Notes under the pieces: generated by a model
The model's database searches: none
The model's input: the letters and a program-made list of their open reading frames with translations, nothing else
What the model was told of the DNA's origin: nothing
Translations under genes and position numbers: made by a program
Part shown: one piece after another, positions 1 through 9,604 of the stretch
How positions within the stretch are numbered: position 1 is the first letter of the stretch
Layout of the letters: every line of letters starts with the position of its first letter
Source: an uncultured virus (IMG/VR IMGVR_UViG_3300027741_000049)
Taxonomy: Duplodnaviria; Heunggongvirae; Uroviricota; Caudoviricetes
Length of the DNA stretch: 20,000 bases
Strand: one strand, 5' to 3'
IMG/VR virus record: IMGVR_UViG_3300027741_000049

Positions 1-1
1 C

Positions 2-3000
2 TTTTAACTCTTCTTTGTTATTTTTCTTTTTATCGTCTGCCATTTTATTTTGCAGGTCAATAATACTCTGTTCATCTGCGCTGCTATCGCCTTTCAAAGC
101 ATCTAGCTTCTTTTGATCTTCTACTTGCGCTTTGGAAAATTTTTCTTGTCTAATATTGTTTTCAGTTAGTCTGGTAACCGTGTCGCCAAGGGCTTCGCCA
201 ACTGCTTTAACTTTATCACCAAATAGTCCAAAAGTATCTTTTAAATTTGTAGATAACTCATTAGATAGTGACAGCATTTCATTGTACTTTATTTGCTCAA
301 GTGTTAGCTGTTGTTGAACTGCTAGTTTAGCTTTAGTGTTTTCTAAAGCTAGATTTTGTTTTGTTATTTCATTATCAGTTAGTTGGGATTGTTGCTTTAA
401 GTATTCGGTTTCATCTGTTTGTAATTTTGCAACATCTTGTTCTGCTGCACCAGATTGTACTAAAGCAGTAACTTTTGTAGTAGATAAATTACGTTTATTA
501 TTTAACTCATCTTGAAGTGCTAATATTTGCTGACTGGTAGCTTTTTCAGCCTTTTTTAAGTCTAATGCAGTTTGTTGTTTAACAATATAAGTATCAAATT
601 CACGAGCATATGTTTTTTGTACATCAAGTTTAAGTTGTTCAGCTTCTAGTGCATTATCTGCAATAGCATTTTGTACTTGAGTATTTGATTTTTTTAACTC
701 AAATTGTTTATTTAATTTATCTATAGCTACCTGTACAGCTTGCTGTTGCTTAGTAATCTCTAGTATATCTTGACGTTTATCTTTTTCTGCATCAAGTTTA
801 CCAAGATTATTTTTAAATAAGTTTTCTTGTCGTTTTAATTCTTTAGTTATCTCTTCTCTTTGTGTAACATCGGTTGCATTAAGTTTATTTAGCTTTATTT
901 GAGCATCTTCTCGTTTTGCATTAATACTAGCAAATTCTTCAGTAACTTTACTATCATAATCTTGCTGAATTCTTTGTAACTCATTTTGATTTTGTAAGCT
1001 ATTAGTATACTGTTTAGAATTATCAAATAATGTTGCATAACTAGAAGCTTGTGCTGCTGTGACCTCAAGTCTGGCACTTGCTTCTTCATTGGCTAAGTCT
1101 CTAGAAGATTTGGCTAATTCACGCGCACGATTTTTAACTTCAATTTCCGCTTGAATTTCTTGGTTTAGTCTTTTTTGACTATCCACTTGTGCTTCTATTT
1201 CTTGTTTTGTTAAAGTTGTAGTTTTTAATTTTGCCAACTTTATCAACTGCGATCTTCTGTCTTCTGAAATGTCTGCCTTAGAAACATTTAATATATCTTG
1301 ATCTATTTTATCAATTTCTTGTTTTCTTTTTAACTCATTATTTTGATTTTCTAAAGCAGCTTCTGCAGCTATAGTTTCTTTAGTGGCATAACCTACTATA
1401 CTATCTGCAATCTGTAATTGTTGTAATTTAGCAGCGGTAATACTAGACTGTAATGCCTCGAGTTTTTGATTATCCTCTAATTCGCCTTTTCTTTCATTAA
1501 CAGCACCAGTAAAAGTATTTGCAGCACTTTTAGCTTGTTGATCTTTTCTACTAGCTTGTTGCTCTGCAACTAATCTATTAACTCTATTAAATCTAGTTCT
1601 TACTTGAGTTTCAGTTTCTTTATCTAGTCCTTCAGGTACTGCAAAATTAGGTTTGCTACCTTCAGTAGTACCTAATCCCTTAGATATAATTGAAGCAGCT
1701 TGTGCTGCCTTTATTAATTTTTGTAAATCAGGGTCGGTAACACCTTGTTTAGCTGCTGTTTCAAGAGCTAGTGCTGCTGTTAAAGCCTCTGTAGCTGCTG
1801 TATTTCTTTCGCCTTGTAAAATAAGTCTAATATTTGAGTCTATTAGTCTAGTTTGCATACTTATTTCTTGCTGATTTAATTTAGTTTCTATTCTGGCTTT
1901 TTCTGCACCAGTAAAAACAGTAGACTGGGCTCGACCAATAGTTATTGCTGCTCGCTCACTTGCTTGACCAAGCGCTTTTTGAATATAATCAGCACCTAGT
2001 ATAAGCGCATCGTTTATACCTTTATTCCATAAGTCCCTGATTGCTTTAGCTTTATCTTCAGGTATTTTAATTTCTAATTCTAATTTATTTGCTTCTTCGG
2101 TTAATGCTCTTAACTGTTCAACTGCTTCTGTTCTGCCCGAATATTTATTAGCAAGACCATTCATACCACCTTTATCGCTTGCATAATTTTTAGTATCTGC
2201 GGCAAAATCATATCCTTGTGGTAGTGCTTTTTTATACTTTTCTATTTCTGATCTAACTTCTACTAGTCTATCTTTATTTTTTTCAACTGCTGCTACTTGT
2301 TCTAAAAATCCTTGTTTTGCTAAAGTAAGCTGTGTAAAAAATTCTTGGCTAAATAACCCTGCTTTTTTAGGATTAGTAGCTAACTCAATTAATCCTGCTT
2401 GTAGTTGGTTTACACCTTTTTCTTTAAGATTAACCATTTCGTCACTTAAAGCTGAAATATCATCACCTAGTTTAAATAGTGGGCTACTACTTGCAGTAGA
2501 TTTTAAAAAATCTTGGTAACCTTTAAGTGCAGTATCACTAGCAGCTTTAAAACTTTGTAGTCTAGAAGCACTATTATTTAAATTAGTATTTAACTCATCG
2601 GTTGTTTTTTGTAGTTTTTGCAAGCCCTCTTTATCTAAAGATTTAGCGGCTGCTTCAACAGTTTGGAAATCAAGAGAATTTACTCCTAGAGCTTTTTTAA
2701 GTTTTTCTTGAGCTTCTTGACCTGTGCCGGCTCTTTCAAATATTTTTAAAGATCCAGTAACTTGTTTTGCAACACCTTCAGCTAAATTATTTTGTACGCC
2801 GCCGCCAAAAAAGCTTGCAAAATTATCTTTAATTCGTGCCCAGCGGCTATCGCCTAGTGCTTCTTTTGCTTTTTCACTGGTGCTAATTAATTTTTCAAGA
2901 GTATCTCTTGCTTCAAGAGTTGAATTAGCAAGTGCACTAATACCCTCAATACTTGCACCAGCAACATTGCCTTTTTTAGCAAGTACTTCAAGAGTTCTGT

Positions 3001-4789
3001 TCATATTTGTAAGTGAATCATTACTCTGATCTACAGCACCATTAAAAGTTGAAAATGCTTTAGAATCTTTACTAAGTATTGCATCAATTATACTAAATGC
3101 ACTAATTATTAGTCCAATCCAACCTAGGGCAGCATTTAGTGCATTTCCTAAATTAGCAAGTACTCCGGCCATAATACCTACAGTACCGCGAAGTTTTAGC
3201 ATTGTTTTATCAAACTTATCTAGTTGTAAACCAGATTTTTCAATATCAGCACTTAATAGTGTATAGGCATGGCCCATGCCAATTAAACTAGTATTATATG
3301 CCGCATCACTAACTATTTTTCGTTTAGTAGATTCTATTTGTGCTTTATCCGCGGCTTCAAGAGTTAATGCATATTGTGATCTGCCAGTTTTTTCATTTTC
3401 TATAGCTATAATATTTTTACCTTTTTCAACTCTTAATTCATATTCTGCTTTTTTACTTTGCTCTAAAGCATAAGAAACATCTCTAACTGCTTCCGCTTCT
3501 GCATGAAGACCTTTATTAGCATAGTCTTTAGCCTCCCTTTCCATTTTTGCAAAATCTCTTGGTTTTAGGTCATCTAAATCTTTAGCTAATGCTTTTGCTG
3601 TGGCTGAGTCTTTAGCATAACTTTTTTTACGCAATTCATTTATTCTAGCTTCAGCATCATCAACTGCTTGAACTTGAATATTAGCACGTCTTTCGGCTTC
3701 TTGTTCTATTAAAGCACTAACCTTACTACGAGCTACCTCTGCATCTGCTGCTTTTGAAGTAGCTAATTGTGCAGCAAAATCTGCACTACTTTTTAATTCT
3801 TCTTTAAATTGACCAATAGCAGGTAATGCTTGCTTTAATAAAGCAAAGCCTAAACCGGCTACAGCTGTGGCTAATAGTGTTGGGTTACTTGATAATAAAT
3901 CTATAAAAGGACCTAAAGCTTTATTTACAAAGTCTAGCGTAACTTGAGCTAGATTTTTTAAAGAGGCCAATAGTTTATCGTATGGATTAGCACTTAATTC
4001 CGCTAGTGATTTAAATTTATCTTCGCCTTCTTTTAACACAGCATTAGCAAATGCTTGACGTTTTTCAAAATCGGTTAATTGACTAGCAGTTTTTCCTACT
4101 TGTCTGGCGTACGCATCTACTGCTGGCTCGATTTTAGTAAAAATACCTAATTCGTCTAATAATTCAGGTTCTAATTTAGTAATACCGCGGCTAAGTCTGC
4201 TTATAGCATCTGGCATAGTAATGCCTAGCGCTAAACTTGCATTTTTAGCTACACCTGCAAGTCGCTCAATATTTTTACTACTTAAACCAGCAGAACTAGA
4301 CTGTGCTACAGCAGTCATTGCATCTTGTAGTGAAATTGCACCATCAGTAAGATCAACTACGCGTTTACTTAAACTACCTAAACTTTTACCACTATTAGCA
4401 CCTAATTGATCTAAACTTTTGATCATATTAGTAGTATTCATAGCATTACTAAGCGCACTAAAAGCTGCACCAACAGCAAATACGTTAGCAGCATAAGTTG
4501 CATATAAGCGAACTAAACCCCCTAGACCTTGAGATTCTTTAGCAAAATCTCTGCTAGCTGCCCCAGTGCCTGTGCCACTAGCACGTAGTTTACCATAAGT
4601 ACTACCACTCATTGCACTTTCTGATAAACTACGACTACCAGTAGTACCGCCAGTATTTATACCTTGTTTTGCTTCGTTTTGAGCATTTCTTAGTTTACCA
4701 ATAAGTGTTTCAATCTTTGAAATTACTTTCTCTGTTGAACCACCGTCAGTAACTTCTACATTATAAGTAGTAGTATTTTGTGCAGACAT
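2..4789 (-). CDS. Tail tape measure protein (T5 pb2-like), 5' part; 3' end beyond the left edge
   Basis: ATG at 4789 with AGGAGA SD. Translation begins MSAQNTTTYNVEVTDGG...GLGGLVRLYATYAANVFAVGAAF...LSRGITKLEPELLDELGI, typical of the pb2 N-terminus. The frame is open at both ends and at the internal point I checked (about 1596 codons, Ala/Lys/Gln-rich coiled coil with two hydrophobic stretches). It follows the chaperone genes and is missing from the ORF track, presumably because it has no stop in the window. Confidence 0.93.
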   Translation of the reverse strand, partial: MSAQNTTTYNVEVTDGGSTEKVISKIETLIGKLRNAQNEAKQGINTGGTTGSRSLSESAMSGSTYGKLRASGTGTGAASRDFAKESQGLGGLVRLYATYAANVFAVGAAFSALSNAMNTTNMIKSLDQLGANSGKSLGSLSKRVVDLTDGAISLQDAMTAVAQSSSAGLSSKNIERLAGVAKNASLALGITMPDAISRLSRGITKLEPELLDELGIFTKIEPAVDAYARQVGKTASQLTDFEKRQAFANAVLKEGEDKFKSLAELSANPYDKLLASLKNLAQVTLDFVNKALGPFIDLLSSNPTLLATAVAGLGFALLKQALPAIGQFKEELKSSADFAAQLATSKAADAEVARSKVSALIEQEAERRANIQVQAVDDAEARINELRKKSYAKDSATAKALAKDLDDLKPRDFAKMEREAKDYANKGLHAEAEAVRDVSYALEQSKKAEYELRVEKGKNIIAIENEKTGRSQYALTLEAADKAQIESTKRKIVSDAAYNTSLIGMGHAYTLLSADIEKSGLQLDKFDKTMLKLRGTVGIMAGVLANLGNALNAALGWIGLIISAFSIIDAILSKDSKAFSTFNGAVDQSNDSLTNMNRTLEVLAKKGNVAGASIEGISALANSTLEARDTLEKLISTSEKAKEALGDSRWARIKDNFASFFGGGVQNNLAEGVAKQVTGSLKIFERAGTGQEAQEKLKKALGVNSLDFQTVEAAAKSLDKEGLQKLQKTTDELNTNLNNSASRLQSFKAASDTALKGYQDFLKSTASSSPLFKLGDDISALSDEMVNLKEKGVNQLQAGLIELATNPKKAGLFSQEFFTQLTLAKQGFLEQVAAVEKNKDRLVEVRSEIEKYKKALPQGYDFAADTKNYASDKGGMNGLANKYSGRTEAVEQLRALTEEANKLELEIKIPEDKAKAIRDLWNKGINDALILGADYIQKALGQASERAAITIGRAQSTVFTGAEKARIETKLNQQEISMQTRLIDSNIRLILQGERNTAATEALTAALALETAAKQGVTDPDLQKLIKAAQAASIISKGLGTTEGSKPNFAVPEGLDKETETQVRTRFNRVNRLVAEQQASRKDQQAKSAANTFTGAVNERKGELEDNQKLEALQSSITAAKLQQLQIADSIVGYATKETIAAEAALENQNNELKRKQEIDKIDQDILNVSKADISEDRRSQLIKLAKLKTTTLTKQEIEAQVDSQKRLNQEIQAEIEVKNRARELAKSSRDLANEEASARLEVTAAQASSYATLFDNSKQYTNSLQNQNELQRIQQDYDSKVTEEFASINAKREDAQIKLNKLNATDVTQREEITKELKRQENLFKNNLGKLDAEKDKRQDILEITKQQQAVQVAIDKLNKQFELKKSNTQVQNAIADNALEAEQLKLDVQKTYAREFDTYIVKQQTALDLKKAEKATSQQILALQDELNNKRNLSTTKVTALVQSGAAEQDVAKLQTDETEYLKQQSQLTDNEITKQNLALENTKAKLAVQQQLTLEQIKYNEMLSLSNELSTNLKDTFGLFGDKVKAVGEALGDTVTRLTENNIRQEKFSKAQVEDQKKLDALKGDSSADEQSIIDLQNKMADDKKKNNKEELK

Positions 4790-4850
4790 TATATCTCCTA
4801 ACAGCAACTTTTATGTATTAAATTTTAATACAGTTTTTACCTTAAACACG

Positions 4851-4879
4851 ATTATAACATAAGGGCACTACTTTGTCAA
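4851..4879 (-). promoter_or_regulatory. Perfect sigma70 consensus promoter for the tape measure gene
   Basis: Minus strand reads TTGACA-aagtagtgcccttatgt(17 nt)-TATAAT with an extended -10 TGn and an A-tract upstream; it lies about 60 nt upstream of the ATG. Confidence 0.88.
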
Positions 4880-4898
4880 CTATAATTTTTATGCACAC

Positions 4899-4942
4899 AA
4901 AAAAACGCTCTACAACTAATTACTTAGCTGTAGAGCGTTTTT
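4899..4942 (-). terminator. Rho-independent terminator overlapping the end of the chaperone gene
   Basis: Minus strand AACGCTCTACAGCTAA-gtaa-TTAGTTGTAGAGCGTT followed by a T run. Confidence 0.85.
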
Positions 4943-5315
4943 GTTCTATTCTGTCTGCCACATTTTTTGACTTAATACCATCAATTGTGTGTAAAATATC
5001 TAATACAAATAGTCTTTCACCTTGTTCTATTTCATACAAGTCAAATAATTTAAATACAATTGAATAGTCTTTGCCTAAGTAGTTGCCATTCATAGTATCC
5101 CAAATATCCGCTAATGTTCTGTGTATAACAAAACACTGTTGAATTAAGCTAGGCAGCTCTGAATACTCAACAGGCATATTTTCTTCAACGGGTTCTTCAC
5201 CGAGCATTTCGCACATTTCAAGATAAGTTTCTAAGTCTACACCAATATTACTATTTTGCATATACCTAGTAAGTATATCTTCAATTTGCTCTACTTGCTC
5301 GTAGAAAAGTTTCCC
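4920..5315 (-). CDS. Tail assembly chaperone C-terminal extension (gpT-like), reached by -1 frameshift
   Basis: The ORF MQNSNIGVDLETYLEMCEMLGEEP... (4920-5261) stays open upstream to the slippery site at 5309-5315 in the -1 frame of the upstream chaperone. It lies directly before the tape measure gene. Confidence 0.82.
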   Translation of the reverse strand, partial: GKLFYEQVEQIEDILTRYMQNSNIGVDLETYLEMCEMLGEEPVEENMPVEYSELPSLIQQCFVIHRTLADIWDTMNGNYLGKDYSIVFKLFDLYEIEQGERLFVLDILHTIDGIKSKNVADRIEQKRSTAK

Positions 5316-5698
5316 AAGTCTGTTACCTGCTCACTAATAAAACTATCAAAGTTTGTGGAGTTTTTCATCAGGTAAAGCGCATTTTCTTCGTCGTAAGCTA
5401 GCTCAATCTCAGGATCCTGACCAGTTAAATCTACTGGTACAAGTTGTTCTAAGTACTTAAGTTTTAAACCTGACCAACCTTTAATACTAGACTTGACATA
5501 AAGTTCTAGGAAAAGATCATCATTAAGCTCTTCTACTGCCTGACGATTTTTAAAGGTAGTTTTTGTAGCTTTTTTGCGAATATTTTGTAGTGTTTCACGA
5601 GATAAAAATGCTAACTCAACTTTAAAGTCAGGCATTCCGGGATACTCTACAGTTACTGCTTTTGAGGGTACAAGTAAATTTTTAAGTGAAATTGTCAT
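5291..5698 (-). CDS. Tail assembly chaperone (gpG-like)
   Basis: 135 aa, between tail tube and tape measure genes; ends with DLGNF at a G GGA AAC slippery heptamer. Confidence 0.85.
   Translation of the reverse strand: MTISLKNLLVPSKAVTVEYPGMPDFKVELAFLSRETLQNIRKKATKTTFKNRQAVEELNDDLFLELYVKSSIKGWSGLKLKYLEQLVPVDLTGQDPEIELAYDEENALYLMKNSTNFDSFISEQVTDLGNFSTSK
5309..5315 (-). other. Programmed -1 ribosomal frameshift site (G GGA AAC)
   Basis: In-frame XXXYYYZ heptamer in TTG GGA AAC TTT. The -1 frame has no stop for 18 codons up to the ATG at 5261. Confidence 0.85.
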
Positions 5699-5716
5699 AG
5701 GTTTCTTTTTTAGTTA

Positions 5717-5740
5717 TGGCTGGGCTATAAAGCCCAGCCA
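5717..5740. terminator. GC-rich stem-loop after the tail tube gene (weak terminator or mRNA-stabilising hairpin)
   Basis: TGGCTGGGCT-ataa-AGCCCAGCCA forms a perfect 10-bp stem; there is no U-tract on the coding strand. Confidence 0.6.
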
Positions 5741-5754
5741 GTGTTAGTTAACGA

Positions 5755-6957
5755 TTAAGGTGCTACGTAAGTAATTGTAGCTTCATTAGCTTGTTCAATA
5801 TCAAAACTAGTTCCAGTATAACCTTGTGCTGTAAAAGCAATTGTAGTTGAAACTACTTGATCTGTTGAAATTGTAGGAATTGCAAGCATAACTGCTGGCA
5901 TATCTACATCTACTCTGGTTACAGCAGTGTTACTTCCACCAATACTTAGTGTCATTGAAAACGCAGGACTAACTGAAGTTTTGTCATCTAGCAATGATTT
6001 TAACAAGTCAGCTGTTTGATTACCACCAGTTCTTAGGTAGGCATTCATAGTTCCGCTAATAGCTCTAGTACCAGTAAAGTATGTAATTGGCTGATTAACT
6101 ACGCCTAAGTTAGCTGGTGTTAAGTAGGTAACATTGTTTGCAAAAGTTAAACTACCACCAGTTAGTGCAACTGTATATGCTGTACCACCAGTACCAACAC
6201 CTGTATCAAAACTTACTGTACTTAGTTTATTAGCTAAATAAGGTGCTGTAACATTTTTCCAGTTTGCACTACCAACTAAGCCGCCACTAGTACCAAAGGT
6301 AACAATTCCAGTAGTTGTATTTTGTGTTAAAGCTACAGGAGTAGTTAGCTGTCTAAGGCTAGCGCCTTTGCCTGCCCAAGCAACACTTGCAATAGCATCA
6401 ATACCAAAGTCAATAGTAGCTGTGTCCATTACACAGTTATCAATAACATAGGTAGTAGCACCTAATGCAATAATCATACCAAATTTTTGTAGTTGATGCT
6501 TGTTACTAGCACCTACACCAACACTTGCACTAATACTACCAGTATTCCAAGCACCTAGTGTACCGCTAGTTGTGCCAGGTGCAGCAATTGCGTTTGTTCC
6601 AAACATAGCATTCCACAGAAGGCCTTCTTCTGCAGTAATGTATCCTGCACTACCACCAGTACCTGCTACTACACCAAGTCTATTTGGACGAATATAGGTA
6701 CTAAAGCTAAAGTCTGTAGCATCTAGTCCTGTGTTAAAATTACGCTGACCACGATTAGGAGTTGCGCCAGCTTCGTTAAGTGTTACAGTTTCTGTTGTAG
6801 TATTTTGACTAAAACTAAAACCATCTTGTACTTGAATTTCCCAAGTATTGCCTGTGCCGTATGCTCCGCTTAAAAAGCCACTAGTACCTACAACACCATA
6901 TGTATCCACATTAGTAGTAAAGAATACTCTACTGTCACGAATTAAATTAAATGCCAT
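5755..6957 (-). CDS. Major tail (tube) protein, T5 pb6-like
   Basis: N-terminus FNLIRDSRVFFTT, EIQVQDGFSFSQ, RGQRNFN...FSFSTYIRP, YLTPANLGVVN...FTGTRAISG match the pb6 family; AAGGA SD; synteny. Confidence 0.92.
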   Translation of the reverse strand: MAFNLIRDSRVFFTTNVDTYGVVGTSGFLSGAYGTGNTWEIQVQDGFSFSQNTTTETVTLNEAGATPNRGQRNFNTGLDATDFSFSTYIRPNRLGVVAGTGGSAGYITAEEGLLWNAMFGTNAIAAPGTTSGTLGAWNTGSISASVGVGASNKHQLQKFGMIIALGATTYVIDNCVMDTATIDFGIDAIASVAWAGKGASLRQLTTPVALTQNTTTGIVTFGTSGGLVGSANWKNVTAPYLANKLSTVSFDTGVGTGGTAYTVALTGGSLTFANNVTYLTPANLGVVNQPITYFTGTRAISGTMNAYLRTGGNQTADLLKSLLDDKTSVSPAFSMTLSIGGSNTAVTRVDVDMPAVMLAIPTISTDQVVSTTIAFTAQGYTGTSFDIEQANEATITYVAP

Positions 6958-7031
6958 TTTATTTCCTTTTTGTTAATGCCGTTATGCATAAACTAGACAT
7001 TTATCTGTTTTTAACACTTTGGCATGGTTGC

Positions 7032-7469
7032 TTACATTACCTGATATCGGACTTGTAAGTTGACTTCACCTACTGCATAAGGAGCTAGCAGCCCTTCATC
7101 AGTGGTAATCGACTGAATTAATATTTCAGTAGTGGAATAATTATTTGTTGTGTCATATACTACTTGACGATTATTATCAATACATAACTCTACATCTGCT
7201 AATAAATCTTCTAGTTGTTGGCTACTGTTTTCGCCATGGCAGTATACTTTTATGGCTACGCCTAAAAATCCCCAGGTAAAGTCACTTGGATGATATTCGC
7301 GCATTTCAGTACCAGGTGTTAAATATATACTAGGAAAGTCTTTTACTTCGTCCCAGAATCTTAATTTGGCATAAGCATTTTGAAATAGGTTAACTTTATA
7401 AGGTGCAGTACCATTAATAAGATTAAGCTTTTGAGTAATAGCTTTAATTATAGAAGTTCTACGACTCAT
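7032..7469 (-). CDS. Tail terminator protein (T5 p142-like)
   Basis: 145 aa, MSRRTSIIKAI...FWDEVKDFPSI...SITTDEGLLAPYAVGE; immediately upstream of the tail tube gene. Confidence 0.85.
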   Translation of the reverse strand: MSRRTSIIKAITQKLNLINGTAPYKVNLFQNAYAKLRFWDEVKDFPSIYLTPGTEMREYHPSDFTWGFLGVAIKVYCHGENSSQQLEDLLADVELCIDNNRQVVYDTTNNYSTTEILIQSITTDEGLLAPYAVGEVNLQVRYQVM

Positions 7470-8935
7470 ACTAATACCGCCCTTAATCTATTTTGTACTT
7501 TGCTTTGTGCAATTTCCCTGATTGATTTGCTTATTAACAATTTAGGGTCTCTAGTTTTAGGATACTGCTGTTTACCACCACTGCTAAATGTAGCATAAGG
7601 ATTACGCATATAATTATAAAATGCGGTAATCATTCCCTCACGACTTTGACTTATATTTTCAATTTTAACACTTTCAGCAAATCTACCAGTACGCAGGTTT
7701 AATATGTCTCTACGATTACCGTAGCCCATGTTTTCTTTTACGCGTTGCACCAATTGAGCGTCAAGTAGTCCCCTTAGTGCTGTAAGACTAAAAAATTCAC
7801 CTTTTTTAGTTCTTAGTATATTGGGGCTTGATTTAACCTTAGGTAACTTTATTGCTAATTTTGGAATTTTTAAATCTATTGCAGAAGTTTCGTTATTACC
7901 TTTTACAGCTCTTTGTGCACCGTATTTTTTAGATTTAATTCCTTTTAGTGCATCGCTAATTGATTCGTCCACATATTCTATAAAACTTTTTGAGTTATAA
8001 ACATTAGGAAATAATTTTTGCAAATCTTCTTGCGTTAGAGTTTCTTGTAACACAGAATTTAAAGCTTGATTTAATTCTTTAGATAAACCCTGTGGATCTT
8101 TCATTAAAGAATCTAAATACTGAGTAAAATTACCTTGAATTTCTTTAGCAACAGTACCCTTTAACCTATTAAAAGCTGCAATTTCAAAGGTTACTCCAAT
8201 TTTTTCAGGACTAGCTGTAATTTTTCTTTTTAAATTAACTGTAGTATCAACTTTTACTGATAAAATTTGTTGATTAAGAATCTCTCTGCCAAGATCACTA
8301 AATCCTTTTGAGCCTTGATAACTAAATGCTTTTTTTACTACGTCTTTTATACCCTCAAGAGTTGTAACATCAGAGCCACGTGCTATATTTTTAAATGACT
8401 GACTTTTTTTCAAAAACTTTAAAAGCTGACTACGCGTTTGAACTTTATCTAGTTCTTCGAGAGTTTCAGTATAAGTAGCAATTAATGCTATAGTTTTTGA
8501 TATGTCTTTTAAATCCTGATCTGTTAGTTGATCAATATTATTACGACGTAATGGTAAGTCTTGTTCAAACAACTCTGTTTGCGCTTTACCTTTGCTAGCA
8601 ATTGTTAAATTAGACTGTACATGGCCTATATCAACACCAAGCTCTTTTAGTTCTGTAAAGTTACTTAAAAAGGTTTTCTTTACACTATCAGCAATTTTAC
8701 TAAAAGTAACATCACTAATGCCTTTTTGAGCAATTGCTTCTAGGGCTTGTGCATACTTTTTATTAAACTGTATTTCCGCTTGAGCACTAATTGTGGAAAT
8801 CTGATTTTTTATAGCATCTAAATCTTCTTCTAAATAGTGTACTGCTTTTTTATTTAATTCATCTCTATAAGATTTATTACTTTGAATTGCGTCACGATAT
8901 TTTTTAAAAAATACTTCTAAAACTGTACGTGCCAT
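7466..8935 (-). CDS. Tail completion protein (T5 p143-like) with a long N-terminal extension
   Basis: C-terminal LNLRTGRFAESVKI...YNYMRNPYATF...RDPKLLISKSIREIA motif; position between head completion and tail terminator genes, overlapping both. Confidence 0.78.
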   Translation of the reverse strand: MARTVLEVFFKKYRDAIQSNKSYRDELNKKAVHYLEEDLDAIKNQISTISAQAEIQFNKKYAQALEAIAQKGISDVTFSKIADSVKKTFLSNFTELKELGVDIGHVQSNLTIASKGKAQTELFEQDLPLRRNNIDQLTDQDLKDISKTIALIATYTETLEELDKVQTRSQLLKFLKKSQSFKNIARGSDVTTLEGIKDVVKKAFSYQGSKGFSDLGREILNQQILSVKVDTTVNLKRKITASPEKIGVTFEIAAFNRLKGTVAKEIQGNFTQYLDSLMKDPQGLSKELNQALNSVLQETLTQEDLQKLFPNVYNSKSFIEYVDESISDALKGIKSKKYGAQRAVKGNNETSAIDLKIPKLAIKLPKVKSSPNILRTKKGEFFSLTALRGLLDAQLVQRVKENMGYGNRRDILNLRTGRFAESVKIENISQSREGMITAFYNYMRNPYATFSSGGKQQYPKTRDPKLLISKSIREIAQSKVQNRLRAVLV

Positions 8936-9510
8936 TATGTATAGTCCGTTCTATACTGGTCTAATACGCGACGAATATGTGCAGGTAGTTGGCTACTAGT
9001 AATATATTCAATTTGAGTTTTATTGGTGCCTGGAGCACTATTGCTGTGCACACTCATATCGCTTTTGCGATAGTATGTTACTAAGTCCATAATAGCTAAA
9101 CCTAAATCAGGCGGAACATCATCCCAGCCACCAAAGTAAGTTAGCTTGTAACCATTTATATATTTGTCAAAACCTTTAGGCCATAAACTAACTATGCTAT
9201 CACCATCTTTTACCCAGTCTACGTACTGTGTAAGAGTTGTATAAGTTTTTCCAAAGTCTACACTACTTTCAAGTTTTGTAATACTTACTAAAGGAGTCTC
9301 TGTGGGTAGTATAGTATTAAAACCACCCGAAAATATTTCTACTTTTTGTGGATCTGGTGCTGCAAAGTAGTCTACAAATGTTCTGCCGCAGTAATTTTTT
9401 ACAAACAATGATATGCGAGGAATAAGTGCATCAATTTCAGCATCGTAATTTGTGCTTTTAATTCCGGCATAAGTTTTGTATTCTGCTTGAGTAATTAGGT
9501 TATATGCCAT
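8935..9510 (-). CDS. Head completion / head-tail adaptor protein (T5 p144-like)
   Basis: LITQAEYKTYAGI...VPPDLGLAIMDLVTYY...LPAHIRRVLDQYR; follows the capsid gene. Confidence 0.87.
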   Translation of the reverse strand: MAYNLITQAEYKTYAGIKSTNYDAEIDALIPRISLFVKNYCGRTFVDYFAAPDPQKVEIFSGGFNTILPTETPLVSITKLESSVDFGKTYTTLTQYVDWVKDGDSIVSLWPKGFDKYINGYKLTYFGGWDDVPPDLGLAIMDLVTYYRKSDMSVHSNSAPGTNKTQIEYITSSQLPAHIRRVLDQYRTDYT

Positions 9511-9552
9511 ATTATTCCCCTATGTCTTTTAAATAAACTCCTTAAAAGCTTA

Positions 9553-9581
9553 TTTAAAAGACAGGGCTTTTCAGCCCTGTC
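9553..9581 (-). terminator. Rho-independent terminator after the capsid gene
   Basis: Minus strand GACAGGGCT-gaaa-AGCCCTGTC followed by TTTTAAA. Confidence 0.75.
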
Positions 9582-9604
9582 AGTACTAATATTAAATTAG
9601 TAGA

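Noticed and set aside
132..5067. Short ORFs in the track at 132, 895, 1653, 2724, 3276, 4221 and 4873
   Set aside because: They are antisense or off-frame shadows of the tape measure and chaperone genes, with no SD or protein-like features.
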